From the NCBI GenBank assembly GCA_951406725.2, contig OX597819.1:81096001-81160000 (forward strand): DNA of 64,000 nt, given 5' to 3'. The notes under the pieces were generated by a model. It saw only the letters and a program-made list of their open reading frames with translations, ran no database searches and was not told where the DNA came from. Below are positions 13,471 to 26,621 of this stretch, one piece after another; within the stretch, counting starts at the first letter, position 1, and each line of letters opens with the position of its first letter. This DNA comes from Octopus vulgaris. Lineage: Eukaryota. Both the position numbers and the translations under genes were made by a program.

Positions 13471-14232
13471 TTATACATATTTAAGAGATAGAAAAATACA
13501 ACGAACCACACCAATAAAATAACTCTATCATTCTTACATGTGTCTCACTGAAAGAAACAAACGCTACCTAACTATGAAATAAAATAAATTGACATTAAAA
13601 TGAATTAATGTAAAGGCCATTTTCTCTAGACAAAACATTGTCTGTAGAAAACGGCCTGTTTACTAGAAATTATGTTTTGAAAAAATAAAACAAGGAAACA
13701 AAGAGAAAAAGAGATATAAGAACTAAGAAAACACAAGAACAAGAAAACAATTACCAAACTAAGAACCAAACTAATTTCCTTTTGAAAGCCAATATCCATA
13801 AGCTTGTGCTGGTGCTTGGTTCTTGGTGCGCTGTTGTTATTTTTCATTTGTCTTACATTAAATGCTTTGTTGTTCTGACTGAGCCCAAGGGTAAGAGCCT
13901 CGGTGGTATCAGTGTAAATGCATTTATCACAGAGGGCAACGTTGCTGGCGTCAACATGTCAAAGATTAATCACAAGTCACGAGCAGACGTCATCGCGCTG
14001 TCAAGAGATGCTTAGTGGCGTGCGCTTTACACAGAGCATTCCGACGGGATCTCGGTGCTTGTATACATGTACGTTGTACACATGTACATATAAGCGACAT
14101 GTGTATACAAGCATATGCGAGTGTGCAATGTGCAATACAAAACGGCACAAAAGGCCGCTGTGTGTGTGTGAGTGTGTGTGTGTGTGTACAAAATAATATC
14201 AAAAAATACTAACGATAATAACAATAATGATG

Positions 14233-14294
<62 letters not shown>

Positions 14295-14456
14295 CCTGAA
14301 ATTAGGAAGAGGGAGATAGTCGATTACATCGACCCCAGTACGAAAATAACAACAACAACAACGACAACAACAACAACAACGACGACAACAACAACAACAA
14401 CGACGACGACAACAACAATAACAACAACAACAACAATAAAAATAATAAAAATAATG

Positions 14457-14509
<53 letters not shown>

Positions 14510-14900
14510 CCTTTCTACTATAGAGACAAAGCCTGAAATTTTGAGGGGAGGAGATTAGTCGATTACATTGACCCCAGTGTTTCAAATCGACCCCGAAAGG
14601 ATGAAAGGCAAAGTCGACCTCGGCAGAATTTGAACTCAGAACGCAGCGATGGGTGCACCCGGCGTGCTAACGATTCTGCAAGCTCGCCGCCTTATACAAT
14701 AATGAAAGTAATCCTTTCTATCAGAGACACAAGGCCTGAATTTTGTGCGGAGGGGAATAGTCGATCATATCGACACCCTGTACTCGACTGGTACTTAATT
14801 TATCAATACCGAAAGGATGCAAAGCAAAGTCGACCTCGGTGGAATTTGAAATTAGAACGTTGAGACGGACGAAATACTGCTAAGTATTTTGTCCGGCGCG
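14510..14900 (-). mobile_element. Two adjacent SINE family A copies next to (AAT)n/(AAC)n tracts
   Basis: Core CGAAAGGATGAAAGGCAAAGTCGACCTCGG occurs twice. Confidence 0.8.
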
Positions 14901-14911
14901 CAAAATAACAA

Positions 14912-15308
14912 TAATAATCGGTTGTTCCGTCAGTTTCCTATGTACGGCAACGTTTGGGGCACTGCGTTGAAAACTTTAGTAGAACAAAGCTCGTTTAATT
15001 TACGGGCGGGAACGTAAACAAACCAACACCACTTGTCAAGTGGAGGAGGGGGCAGTCACAATACACACACACAAACACACACGTATACCTTACATGCAAA
15101 AACTTCCGCAGCCCCATGCAGATATAATTATTATCAAACATTTTCATTTCGCATTTTTCGCAAATTATGCTGTCAATGGAATCATATCAATGTTTGAGAA
15201 TCTGCTCTCACTAGCGTCCTGACTATATAAATGTTTTATGCACATAAACACACATACACGCACACATACACACACACATATACATACATAGAGACATGCA
15301 TAAATAAA

Positions 15309-15346
<38 letters not shown>

Positions 15347-15846
15347 CAAAAATGCATGTGCACTTACATACATAGATACATGCATACATAAACGCATACA
15401 TACATATATATATATACAATTATGCATGTGCACATGTGTACCGTTGGCGATTTTTTTCCTCTGTCTTCCCTTCTCTGGATCTTTCCTTCTCCTATGTTTC
15501 CGACGAAGAGCTCCGCTCGAAACGTTAAACCCTCCTTCTTTCCTTCTTTCCTGTGCGTCCAATAATACTATATTTGTTCCACGTCCTCGCGTTGTTGTGT
15601 TTTTTTTTGTGCTCTCATGTTTGGATTAACTTTACATACATATATACATACATACATATATGCATACATACATATATAGTTATGCTATATTCGGTTAGGA
15701 TGGTGACTACCCCCACCTCCACTTGACAAGTGGTGTTGGTTTGTTTACGTTCACGCCCGTAAATTAACCGAGATTCGTTCGGATAAAGCAACGCAGTGCC
15801 CCAAACGTAGCCCCACATCGAAATCGACGGAACAACCGATTATTAT
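14912..15846. repeat. Inverted pair of about 150-bp diverged SINE-B-derived segments
   Basis: 14912-15060 is approximately the reverse complement of 15702-15846. Confidence 0.75.
15439..15630 (+). mobile_element. CCGACGA-family repeat with minimal hammerhead-like motif (15496-15530)
   Basis: Near-identical to 2339-2527 and embedded in TA/CATA microsatellite. Confidence 0.75.
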
Positions 15847-16284
15847 CGTTAGTATTTTTAAAAATTATTTTGTACACACGCACACACACGCTCACAATTA
15901 CCCAATTACCGGTAGCATTATTGTATATTTCCAAGTTTATGTTTGGGCATTCGTCGTGTATGAATATAAAATTGAAGAAATTGGAGACAACAAGAAGGAG
16001 TACGGTCGGACAGTTACGTTTTAATCACTACAATTGTTTCCACACAACGTAGTTCTCCAAGAATACAGGTATTTGATCATGCAAGTGTTTGTTTTGATAA
16101 TGAGGTCTTGTTGTGTTTCCTCAGGTGATATTGTAGCGTTGCCTCCGTTAGTTTAAATCTTCGACTTCAAGGTCATCCCATCCGTCCATCTTGTTTTAAA
16201 TTTAGTAGCAATGGGTAAATTCATGCTGTTTATTGCCAGAATGCTTTGGGCGGTCTGCTATGAGTGTTACTGGATGGCTATTTT

Positions 16285-16412
16285 GTGGCGAGCTGGCAGA
16301 AACGTTAGCACGCCGGGCAAAATGCGTAGCCGTATTTCGTCTGTCGTTACGTTCTGAGTTCAAACTCCGCCGAGGTCGACTTTGCCTTTCATCCTTTCGG
16401 GGTCGATAAATA
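16285..16412 (+). mobile_element. SINE family A, 5' part
   Basis: Head plus core, truncated at the Helitron fragment. Confidence 0.8.
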
Positions 16413-16722
16413 AATGCATTAAAAATGGAAAAAAAATGATGGTAAATTTTTTTTTAAATCGTTGACTCATCGTAGACATTTTTAGAGAGGTACTTCCCTT
16501 ATATAATAGCGAAAAAAATGCATTAAAATGGAAAAAAATGATGGTAAATTATTTTTTAAATCGTAGACTCATCGTAGACGCGCGCTAATACCCAGAAGGG
16601 CTCGATATGAATCACGACTATAAGATACCCGGTTTTGGTTAAACTGCACCGCAAAATGTGGGAGTAGTTAGGAATCTAAATCGTAGGAGACAGACACACA
16701 ACTTGACTTTTATATATAAAGA
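16413..16722 (-). mobile_element. Non-autonomous Helitron, 5' part with internal tandem repeat
   Basis: The 5' end TCTTTATATATAAAAG and about 70 bp match the complete copy at 30824-30978. Confidence 0.75.
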
Positions 16723-16987
16723 TTAAAATATGCCTAGGATTTCTGAGAAATTGATACAATAGTGCTTAAAGCACAGGCACAGACGCGCGCATGAGTGAAC
16801 AAAGAAATGAAAATGACAATCAAAATATTTGGTAGGGAGTTACATATATTTTCTAATAACAATTGACCCAGCTCCATATGACGGACATATCTCATCAGAT
16901 ATCTTCTGCCGATGTCAAATAGGGTGACTCTGTCTAATTGAGCTAAGTCAAACTAATTTACACACACACACACACACATGTAGATTC

Positions 16988-17213
16988 TTTTACCTGTTTC
17001 GGTCATTTGACTGCGGCCATACTGGAGCACCGCCTTAAAGGGTTTTTAGACGAAGAAATCGCCCCCAGGACTTATTCTTTGTAAGCTTAGTACTTATTAT
17101 ATCGGTTTATTTTGACGAACCGCCAAGTTACGGGGACGTAAACACACCAACATCAGTTATCAAGTGGTCGGGGAACAAACACAGACACAAAGACACACGC
17201 ACACACACACATT

Positions 17214-17265
<52 letters not shown>

Positions 17266-18160
17266 TAATCCAAACAAGAAAACAAAAAGACAACAACGCG
17301 AGGATGTGGAACAAATAAAGTATTATTGGGCGCTCAGGAAAGAAGGGAAGAAGGAGGGTATGACGTTTCGAGCGGAGCATTTCGTCGGAAACATAAGAGA
17401 AAGAAAGATCCCGAGGTGGGAGGACAGAGGGTAAAAAAAAAAATGCAAGTGGTCTTCACGAGGTCACATACTGAAAAGGCGGAAGTGGTAAAAAAGAAGG
17501 AGTAGGTTTTCAAAAACAGGAGAGCGGAATCAATGAAGGAATGGTAAACAACGGTGTGCGAGATGACAAGGGTGTGTGTGTAAGTGTGTGCGTGTGTGTG
17601 TGTATGTGTGTATATGGTGGGCAAAGGCTAGTGGCAAGCAGCAGTAGCGAGTCAGGAAGGCAGGTCAGAAACAGGGAGGAATGTGTGTGTGCGTGTATAT
17701 GTCTCGAGTGTGTGTTTTGTTGTAGTATGTGTGTGTGTGTACGTGTGCGTTTTTTTGTGTGTATGGCGAGTAACTGTGCTTAACTAAGTGTATATGTGTG
17801 TGTGTGTGCTTGTATGTGCGTATATGTATAATTGTGTGCATGTATGTATGTGTGCGTGCGTATGTGTGCGCATGTTTTGGTGTGCGTATGTATGTGTGTG
17901 TCTATGCTTATATGTGTGTACGTATGTGTATGTGTGCGTGCGCGTGGAGGTATATGTTGTGTGTGTGTAAGTGCGTGGGAGTGAATGTATGTATGTATGT
18001 GCGTGTGTGTATATACATATACCACGGGCTTCTTTCAGTTTCTGTCCACTAAATCTACTCACAAGGCCTTGGTTGGCCCGAGACTATAGTAGAAAACATT
18101 TGCCCAACGTGCCAGGCAGTGGGACTGAACCCGGAACCATGTGGTTGGGAAGCAAGCTTT
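16988..18160 (-). mobile_element. tRNA-derived SINE family B split by an insertion in its internal microsatellite
   Basis: The 3' part is at 16988-17210 and the head at 18022-18160. Uninterrupted copies lie at 47930-48340 and 60940-61270. Confidence 0.7.
17262..17700 (-). mobile_element. Longer CCGACGA-family copy with hammerhead-like motif (17358-17392)
   Basis: Minus strand GTTT-CCGACGA-A-ATGC-TCC-GCTC-GAAA-CG-TC-ATAC. The 3' end abuts (TA)n. The 5' boundary is uncertain. Confidence 0.7.
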
Positions 18161-18166
18161 CACTTG

Positions 18167-18221
<55 letters not shown>

Positions 18222-18299
18222 TGCGTGTGTGTGTGGTGTGTATTTATATATATATCTGTTACTTGTTTCAATCATTAGCCTGTGGCCATGCTGGGGCAC

Positions 18300-18530
18300 T
18301 GGTGACGCGTGGCTTTGTGGTTAGGAACTCATGATCGTATGGTTGTGGTTTCGATTCCTGGACCGGGTGACGCATTAAGTTCTCGAGCAAAATACTTCAT
18401 TTCACATTACTCCAGTCCTCTCATCTGGCAAAAATGAATAATCCTGCGATGGACCGGCAGACCATCCAGGTAGTGAATATATACGCCATGGAAACCGGGA
18501 AACTGGCCCTCTGTGCCTATATGACTAGGG
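18300..18530 (+). mobile_element. tRNA-derived SINE family C
   Basis: Head GCGTGGCTTTGTGGTTAGG...GGTTTCGATTCC and V-domain-like CCTGCGATGGACCGGC. Confidence 0.75.
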
Positions 18531-19029
18531 ACGGATATTTATCCTGTTATCTATTTTAGTGCGGTACATATACAAACACATGAGATCACATCTAAAAGAC
18601 AGATGTGTTGCTTTACCCCACCCCTGTGTATGGTACCATTTTACAATGCCATCTCTGTTCTGAAATAGCTACCTGCATACCCAGTTTTCTCAGGCTCATT
18701 CATCTCACTTATTCCCATCATCCACTTCGACTGTAACCCTGATCAGATAATACTGCTCGAAATATTTTGTCCAATTATTTGTCCCAGGAACTAAAACCCT
18801 TTTTGACCAGCTTTTTTCTTGTTGTTATAAATCTACAATTAAACACCATCGATTTCACTCGTCAAGAAATGTGGCAAATACTATGGGCACTAGCCATCTA
18901 ACTAATAAAAGGGAAAACAAACAGTTAAAACATTTTCGGAACGTTTCATTTTTCTGCTTCTCAGAAAATGCTATAGCCCTCAACAATTTATAATACCGTG
19001 TAGCACATCAGGCAATACGTCAGTCTCAT

Positions 19030-19443
19030 AGGTGGCAAGCTGGAAGAATCGTTAGCATGCCGGGCGAAATGCTTAGCGGTATTTCGTCTGTAGTTACGTT
19101 CTGAGTTAAAATTCCGCCGAGGTCGACTTTGCATTTCCTCCTTTCGGTGTCGATTAAATAAGTACCAGTTACGCACTGGAGTCGATATAATCGACTTAAT
19201 CCGTTTGTCTATCCTTGTTTGGTTTCTCTGTGTTTAGCCCCTTGTGGGTAGTAAAGAAATATGTATTTCGTCTGCCGCTATGTTCTGAGTTCGAATTCCA
19301 CCGAGGTCGACTTTGCCTTTCAACCTTTCGGGGTCGATCAAATAAATACCAGTTACGCACTGGGGTCGATGTAATCGACTTAATCCCTTTGTCTGTCCTT
19401 GTTTAACCCCTCATGCTTAGCTCCTTGTGGTCAATAAAGAAAT
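19030..19443 (+). mobile_element. SINE family A, tandem dimer
   Basis: Full unit followed by a head-truncated unit. Confidence 0.85.
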
Positions 19444-21654
19444 AAATACGTAGTCTCATAATCATTGCAAAAGTACTTGACATGATACAGGAATTCCTCC
19501 ACATACACGAAGATGCGTAAACGTAACATGAACAGATACTCACAAGCTCACTACAAATCGTACTCTTCGATAAACCTGTTAAACAAGTTTTTTATAGGTA
19601 AGCTGACGTTAACATATTAAATGAGAGGAGCATTAACAATATAACAAGAGATAACTGTACAGTGAGTAAAGAAAACACAACAGTCTTAACTAATGTAAAA
19701 AAATATTTTGATTATTCAATAATAATGGATAACATCTTTTGAACAGGTTTTGCGTTTATTATGACCTCACCAGCAAAGCATAGATTCCATCGTCTTTACC
19801 AAAGAAGCGATGAAAGTATTATCAGAGTTAGTAGATAGCATCTACTTAAAATTTTACTGGCAAGAATATATGATACAGATGAAGCAGAAAAAGCTGTGGC
19901 GAAGTTTGAAATGACTCACTATGAAAGCATCTTGTGACCTCAACTACATCTTTACATATCAATATAACTATCAATACTCTTCAAAACTATTACTTACAAA
20001 GTTTAGAATATTTTATCTAAATATGTTATAATTTACCCATAACTAAATAAGTTTTTGACTCGCTTGTTTAAGGGTAAAACTTAACGAATTGTGCTGAAAT
20101 ATTCTAAAGTTTTTCCTTCAGCTTTATGAGAAAATGTCATAAATACAATGAATAAGAATATAAATGTGTAGCCCAAGATGAACTGCAAAGTTTTATTAAT
20201 GTTTAAAAGTTAGCCAGCAACGTGTGCATCACACTTAGGGTTACTAACTTGCAAATTATGTCTATTGGGAACAACCTATCATTGCTTCTTTTATTGATTC
20301 CATCTTTAACCGGCAAAAATTGAATTTAGACAATAAATTTAGCAGTGTAACACATCTTATGTAAAATGTGTTGCAATTTGACCTCTCGTGGTAATATATG
20401 TTCAATAACCACGTCTGACGTCCAGGCTAGCTTCAATTATTATATCTGTGACGAAAAGAATTATTAATTATATGTTACATTGCAAAGACAATTAGTGTTT
20501 TCTAATGTCCCTTTGTGGATACACTGGTCAGCAACGTATACAGTTGTATATATTTATTTTAGAATACGATACTAAATTCTTCGTACATAATCACATAGAG
20601 TCAGAACTTCGAACCAAATATTACGCTGTATTTTCTTCAAGGCCTTTAATAATAATTGCTTTCTGCAACTAAATTGATGCTGGAGGTTTCCTGATCGCAT
20701 CACTCATCTTTTGATAATTTATAGTTATCAAACTTAGAAAGAGTTCTTGTTAGTAAGACACTGACAGTTCATTCTGTGTGAGCAAAACTATGTGATTACT
20801 ACTTTTCACAAGATACAATGCAAACTAAATACTGTTTCTTCAAATACAATCTAAAATCAATCATAAAGACGATAAACATCATTATAAATAGATAAAGAAT
20901 AGATGAAAGGTTTAGAAGTTCATATTGATCAGAATTCACATTAAGGAGCATAGATTTTTGAACAGGGGCTGAAAAGCGTTAGATGAAATTAATATAAAAA
21001 TACTGATTGCAAAGCTAGTATAATGGTATACTTAGATAATATATCACAGAGCAACTAAAGGAACAATCACACTTGAATATATACATAGCTACGCATAAAT
21101 ATAAGTGTGTGTGTGTGTATACATATATGCACACACTTATTACTTATCTTTACTTTTATCGATTTAAACTCAAAGCTGCGGCCATGCTGGAGCACCGCCG
21201 TTTTGCTACACTGTTATTAGTGAGAGCCTCCTCTCATATGTGGCATTTGGTGAATAAGCGAGTTTGATGTTGCTGCCTTTATTTAGACCCCCTGTCGTGA
21301 GGTAGCTTCATTTGGGACTCTCGACGGGAAGAGGACCAGTTTTGTTTTGAAAACACCTACATCCACTTTGTGTAGGTCCCTTAGGCTCTTTAGGAGAATA
21401 TTAAAAACTCCTGTGGGATAGCAAGTCAACTGTCCTAAACCGTATAAAGCCGCATGCGCACTGTCAGTGAGGACAAGTGTGATGAGTGCAGGCGCTTTGT
21501 GAAAACAGTCGTAGAAGTCGTTGAGAAGAGATATTGTTTGTTAGGTATTGTTTCTGATTTATATTTGTATTGTTATAACCTTGTTATAAGTCCATGTTAT
21601 AAAGTGACATATACAGTGAGTTCAAAGAAGGACATAACAGTGTCGACGAGACAC

Positions 21655-21760
21655 AACAAGCCAGCCAGCCGTCTGCACTTTGTCGCCATCTTGGTAATGT
21701 GCACTCGAAAAGAGGTATCATCACTCATGTTGATACCCAGGTCATGCACTGACTCAGGTT
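21655..21760 (-). pseudogene. CR1/Jockey-group LINE RT fragment
   Basis: ESVHDLGINMSDDTSFRVHITKMATKCRRLAG resembles the RT thumb motif RDLG...F..HI. Confidence 0.6.
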
Positions 21761-21764
21761 CGCT

Positions 21765-21932
21765 AGCCACTACACATTCTTTATTTTCTCTCCTTGTTTC
21801 TTTCTGTGTTCCTTTCTGTGGAAGAGCGTAGGCTCGAAACGTTAAAGACTTTTTCACTTCTCGAGCGTTATACTAATACATTTTGTTTGCTGTCTACACC
21901 ACCTGTCTTCGTCTTTTGACTTTTTGTGAATT
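21765..21932 (+). mobile_element. Related short repeat with degenerate minimal hammerhead (21812-21847)
   Basis: CTTT-CTGTGGA-A-GAGC-GTAG-GCTC-GAAA-CG-TT-AAAG. Helix I differs from the CCGACGA family but still pairs. Ends in (CT)n(TA)n. Confidence 0.6.
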
Positions 21933-21995
21933 CTCTCTCTCTATATATATATGCATATATATATGTATATATGTATGTATATGTATATATGTATG

Positions 21996-22081
<86 letters not shown>

Positions 22082-22173
22082 CATACATGTATATATGTAT
22101 GTATACATGTATGTACACTCACATACATGTATATGTATGTATGTTCTTTCTCTTTAAATTAGAATAAATTTTG

Positions 22174-22217
<44 letters not shown>

Positions 22218-22384
22218 ATTTGCGGCATATGAATAAAATCTAACCATCGTATCAAAATCTAACTGAAATATTTACACGGTTAAAACTAATCAGAATCCAT
22301 ATGGTTTCAACTCTAGGTTATAGAGCGATTTTTGTAAACACACACCACTAATAAAGAACATTATTATACAGAGCTTTAAAGAAA

Positions 22385-22762
22385 GCGAGATGACAGAATT
22401 GATAGCACGTCAGGAAAAATGCTTAGCGGCATCTCGTTGTCTTGACGTTACGAGTTCAAATTCTACTGTGGTCGACTTTGTCTTTCATCCTTACGAGTTC
22501 AAATTTCGCTACGGTCAACTATATCTTTCATCCTTTCGAGGTCGATAAAATAAGTACCAGCCAAGCACTGGGGTCGATGTAATCGACTTGTCCCTTCCCA
22601 CCAAATTTCAGGCTATGTGCTTATAGTAGAACTTTAAAGGCGGTGAGCTGGCAGGATCGTTAAGCACGTTGGACAAAGTGCTTAGCGACATTTCTTCTAG
22701 ATTTATGCTCTGAGTTCAAATTCCACTGAGGTCGACTTTACTTTTCGGGGTTGATAAAATAA
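22385..22762 (+). mobile_element. Cluster of older SINE family A copies
   Basis: Repeated GAGTTCAAATT...GTCGACTTT...TTCATCCTT cores. Confidence 0.75.
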
Positions 22763-23018
22763 TTCCTATAATAAAAAGATTTATTTTGTAGACTTCATAA
22801 CTCCACTGTATTGGACTCCATCTTCATCTTAGACTTTCACGCTAACCATAAGAAATTTTGAACACGAATAACGCTGATCTAGAATACATTACTGTATGTA
22901 ACGAAGTTAGTAGTAACAATTTTAATGCAGTGAGCATAAACAGTCTAATTCGAGATATTTAATCAGCGAAGAAAGGGCAGTATTAGCTCAATGATAATAT
23001 TATTTTAAACACTTTGAA

Positions 23019-23205
23019 GGCGGCTGACAGAACCGTTAGCACGCCGGGCGAAATGCATAGCCGTATTTCGTCTGTCGTTACGTTCTGATGCCTTTCATCC
23101 TTTCGGGGTCGATAAATTAAGTACCAGTTACGCACTGGGGTCGATGTAATCGACTTAATCCGTTTGTCTGTTCTTGTTTAGCCCCTTGTGGGTAATAAAG
23201 AAACA
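23019..23205 (+). mobile_element. SINE family A with long TSD
   Basis: Flanked by GATAATATTATT(T/C)TAAACACTTTGAA at 22993-23018 and 23206-23231. Confidence 0.85.
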
Positions 23206-23526
23206 GATAATATTATTCTAAACACTTTGAATAGTACAAGAGATAATTTTTCAAGTGTTCTGTTATTATTTGATTTACTGAGCAAAAGATAGACTTCACT
23301 ATACTTGTGGACGTATTTGAGTGCAAGATCTCTCTCATGACTCAGGCGATTGAAATCATTTCAGAATATTACAGTTGATTCTGTTATTAGTGTCTGAGAT
23401 ATGATGGTGAGCTGGCAAAACCTTGAGCTTAGCGGCATTTTTTCCGACTCATTACATCAACAGTTTAAATTCAATCGAAGTTGACTTTGTCTTTCATACT
23501 TTTGGCGTCGATAGAATAAGTACAAG

Positions 23527-23758
23527 TTTCTTTATTACCCACAAGGGGCTAAACATAGAGGGGACAAACAAGGACAGACAAACGGATTAAGTCGGTTACA
23601 TCGACACCCAGTGCGTAACTGGTACTTAATTTAACGACCCCGAAAGGATGAAAGGCAAAGTCGACCTCGGTGGAATTGGAACTCAGAACGTAACGGCAGA
23701 CGAAATACGGCTGCGCATTTCGCCCGGCGTGCTAACGTTTCTGCCAGCTCGCCGCCTT
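23527..23758 (-). mobile_element. Young SINE A nested in an older SINE A
   Basis: CGTCGATAGAATAAGTAC is duplicated at 23506-23523 and 23761-23778. Confidence 0.85.
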
Positions 23759-25430
23759 GTCGTCGATAGAATAAGTACCAGCTGAGCACTGAAGTCGATG
23801 TAATTGACTAGCTCATTCCCTAAAACTGATGGCTTTATGCCAAAATTAGAAACCATTAACATATAAAAGACAAAACCACCGCAGTCAGATTCCAACGGTG
23901 GGTGGAGGGAAACCAAGCTTAAATCTGCACAGGGTTTGAATAGAATAACAGAGACAGTTGATAGCTCTTGTAAATTATTCTTCATAATCAAACTCAAAAT
24001 AGACAAAGAAGAAAATATTATTGTTAAAGCCAAGAAAACATCACAAGCCGTATCCAAAAATGTAGTGTTTAGTGACAAATTTTGAACACTAGGACTACAA
24101 TAGTTTCCACCAGCACCACTAATACCATCTACTATTATTGACATTAGGTCATAAGCTTGACTGATATATATTTTATTAAATACGGAAGAATACAAGACAA
24201 AGAAGATCTTGCTATGAAATGAACTCAGAACACAGAGGAACATTTCACTCCTTTTTCCTTTGACTTGGTCGATTACATCGACTCTAGTGTTTAACCTATA
24301 TCTGTTTTATCGAACCTGAGAGGAATGAAAGGAAAAATCGGGAAATTTGAACTGAAAACGTAAAGACGGATGAAATCCTGCAAAGCATTTTGTACGGCGT
24401 GCTAACGATTCTGCTAGCTCGCCGCCTTAACTCCATTTATTATTGATAAAATACAGGATGGCGGCGAGCTGGTACAATCGTTATCGCTCCGGTAAAAATG
24501 CTAAGTGGCATTTCTTTCGACTGAGTTAAGATCGTTTTTCAAAGAGTTAAGATCGATTTTCACTTTCACTTGAAAAGGAAGGTGTGGTTGGAGAAGGGAT
24601 ACCTGTCGGAGAGTGTGTTCAAAAAAAGATTGAAGCCTGTTGCACGAGTGCTGTGCGTGCAAGGAACCATGTGAATAAGACAAAAAAAAAAAATAAATAA
24701 AAGGTACCAGCGATAGATCGGGGCTTGTGGGGTCGGAGGGTGGCCTTATCATCGCTTCATTTGTATTGTCTCTGTATTGTTAATTTCATTCGATTTTTTA
24801 ATATTTTATTAACATTTTTAAAGTCACATTATAAGTAAAATCATATCGTATTACTGATCCCATCAGTTGTTCTGTCCATTTCTATGTTTGGGCAATAAAG
24901 AAATTGGTATTTCTTTCGACTTTACGTTCTGAGTTCAATGTTTATTAACTCCTTTCGGGAGTTAATAAAATAAGTACCAGTTGAATTTTGGGGTTGATGC
25001 AATCAACATACCCCTCGCCCGAAATCACTGGCTTTGTACCAAACTTTGATACAATTATTAATAGAATATATTAATAACTGACATATATTTGAGAAAAATA
25101 GGAAATGGGTGTTCTGACGTACAAAAGACAGTAGCATCGTAAGTGAAATGAAATGGCTTCAGTCAGGAATTCAAAATGCGATCTACGACGCATGCATTTA
25201 CTGTCAGGATATATTACTCGAAAATTTTCTGAGCATTGTGTGCGTCTGTATTTGAATATTTTATGTTTTGAATGAAAAAAAAGTGGTGCGAGGGTATATG
25301 TTTTATATATTATTGTATGTATGTTCATTCCCAATAAATTAGAGTGTATGTCGTTATTTTTACGTCAACACGCCAGTGTATAATATGCAGCTATGTGCAG
25401 TACATACATATGTATTTATGAATATTTGTA

Positions 25431-25472
<42 letters not shown>

Positions 25473-25513
25473 CGTGTATGTATGTATGCTTGTATGTATG
25501 TATATATATGTCT

Positions 25514-25552
<39 letters not shown>

Positions 25553-25611
25553 TATATATACGTGTATATATATGTATATATATGAGTATATATATACGTA
25601 TAAATATATAA

Positions 25612-25645
<34 letters not shown>

Positions 25646-26357
25646 ATGTGTGTGTGTATATACATACATACACGCGCACAAACACACACACATGCATACA
25701 TGCATATATATATATATATATAGAAAGAGAGAGAGAGAGAGATATATGCATACATGTATAATAATGTATATATGTTTACATATGCATGTGGGTGCATGTA
25801 TATAATATGTATTCTATCTATATGTATAAAAAATGCACTCTCTCTAACATACGTGTATGCATGTAGATATATACGTATGTATGCAAATACGTATTTATGT
25901 CTGTATGCCTCTATGTATGTGCAAGTTCATGCGTTTGCAAGCGAGTATCATTACAAATACGCATGTGTCAGTATGTATGTCGAAATAAGTAAGGAAAAAA
26001 TGTCTTTTATATCGTATGGCAATACGCGATTCCTGATTTGAATATATTGCCCACTCAGAAGACGAAGGTTCAGTCATGTAGATGATGACGACAACGACGA
26101 CGAAGGCAACAATGACGATGAAGACGGCAGCGACGACAATGATGATGATGAAGATGAAGATGAAGATGTGGATGGTGGTGATGAGGATAACTGCGATGGT
26201 GATGGTGCGGTTGGGTGGTCACGATTTGGTAGAGAAAGATGCGTTAAAAAAGTTTAATTAAAAAAGCTCGGGTTGTGAGTTTCTACTTTGTGGTAGATCT
26301 GGTTCGTCATTTGTGGTTGTATGATAATTCTTCTTCTTTTAACATTTCTTCTTCATA

Positions 26358-26573
26358 GGGCGGTGAACTGGCAGAGACGCTAGTACGCCGGGCGAAATAC
26401 TTAGCGATATTTCGTCTGTCTTTACGTTCTGAGTTCAAATTCTGCCGAGGTCGACTTTGCCTTTCATCCTTTCGGGGTCGATAAATTATATACCAGTTGC
26501 GTACTGAGGTCGATCTAATCGACTGGCCCCTTCCCCCAAAATTTCGGGCCTTGTGCCTTGAGTACAAAAGAAT
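26358..26573 (+). mobile_element. SINE family A
   Basis: Full head, core and tail. Confidence 0.85.
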
Positions 26574-26621
26574 ATTTCTTCTTCAAGAAGTAACGGTGTA
26601 TATATATATATATGTGTGTGC

